A stretch of 64,000 nucleotides of DNA from Candidatus Methylomirabilota bacterium (lineage in GTDB: Bacteria > Verrucomicrobiota > Verrucomicrobiia > Limisphaerales > UBA11358). The number at the start of each line of letters is the position of its first letter. Within the stretch, counting starts at the first letter, position 1. The position numbers and the translations under genes were made by a program. The stretch is from contig DASQOZ010000070.1 of assembly GCA_035644195.1 (NCBI GenBank), positions 463 through 64,462 of the forward strand, in the 5' to 3' direction. The notes beneath the pieces are model-generated. The model was not told the DNA's origin. It saw nothing but the letters and a program-made list of their open reading frames with translations, and did not search any database. Shown here in pieces: positions 63,615 to 64,000 of the stretch.

Positions 63615-64000
63615 ATGGCCGAACACACCGCTTCCACTTTGAACAAACCCGACGTGGCGCTTGAAATGACGCTGCGCCCGTCGCTCTTTTCTGATTTCAC
63701 CGGCCAGCCGCGTGTGAAGGAGCGATTGGAAATCGCCGTTTCCGCCGCCAAACAACGCGGCGAGGCGCTCGACCATATTTTATTGAGCGGCCCGCCGGGT
63801 TTGGGAAAAACCACCATCGCAAATATTTTGGCAAAGGCGATGGGCGCGAATGTCAAAGCCACGAGCGGCCCGACGATTGAAAAAGCCGCCGACCTCGCCG
63901 GACTGCTCACGAATCTCGAAGAAGGCGACGTGCTGTTCATTGACGAAATTCATCGCCTGCAAAAAACCATCGAGGAATATCTTTATCCCGCGATGGAAGA
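63615..64000 (+). CDS. ruvB: Holliday junction branch migration helicase RuvB (5' part, runs off window)
   Basis: This open frame is not in the track because it has no stop. It reads [38 protein letters not shown]...[18 protein letters not shown]...[10 protein letters not shown]. Confidence 0.9.
   Translation, partial: MAEHTASTLNKPDVALEMTLRPSLFSDFTGQPRVKERLEIAVSAAKQRGEALDHILLSGPPGLGKTTIANILAKAMGANVKATSGPTIEKAADLAGLLTNLEEGDVLFIDEIHRLQKTIEEYLYPAME

Overview
This is a 64 kb, fairly GC-rich bacterial chromosomal segment. Sampled housekeeping lines are about 55-62% GC. The gene content and repeat style suggest a PVC/Verrucomicrobiota-type genome, but that is inference only. I support about 60 CDS, one tRNA, several pseudogenes and many small repeats.

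Gene content, left to right:
- An ABC-2 permease followed by three SPFH/band-7 paralogs.
- A His-rich CPC-type P1B metal ATPase.
- An ABC ATPase, permease and secreted-protein trio.
- rimO, then a PolB-like 3'-5' exonuclease, then an AT-rich PD-(D/E)XK gene.
- A nucleosidase (HpnG-like) convergent with a minus-strand array: histidine kinase, NtrC-type regulator, small TM protein, squalene/phytoene synthase, HpnK/YdjC and a small DMT protein.
- coaC, gmk and yicC.
- An AT-rich islet holding a GIY-YIG protein and a RelE/Phd TA pair.
- A 1138-aa cytoplasmic protein, possibly of the PPi-PEPCK family.
- tRNA-Ser(CGA) with a truncated integrase next to it.
- An unbroken co-directional run of 18 minus-strand genes covering Moco biosynthesis and nitrate assimilation (moaA, mog, moaC, moaE::moeA, moaD, tauE, mobA, MOSC, nasA, FeS-DmsC fusion, nirA, cysJ-like, porin, nrtDCBA, NasS-like), plus a divergent LysR regulator.
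- A 40-nt copy of the tRNA-Ser 5' half.
- recA, a short S26-like peptidase and a MazF TA pair.
- An RGG-rich protein and a DEAD-box helicase.
- A decayed ClpP-like islet.
- A DHQS-like cyclase plus AP-family phosphodiesterase pair, a TlpA-like thioredoxin, an H+/Na+-pyrophosphatase and the 5' part of ruvB.

Most notable signals:
1. A family of about 56-77 bp palindromic elements with GTAG...CTAC termini. Four of its six copies lie in-frame inside CDSs, one of them exactly at a moaE/moeA fusion joint.
2. Other hairpin-built and heptanucleotide repeats, some also inside CDSs.
3. The 21.5 kb nitrate/Moco block is bracketed by tRNA-Ser and a tRNA-Ser 5'-half copy, with an integrase remnant at one end.
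4. Both TA modules are bracketed by 55-60 bp direct repeats.

No CRISPR array, rRNA or intact transposase was seen.
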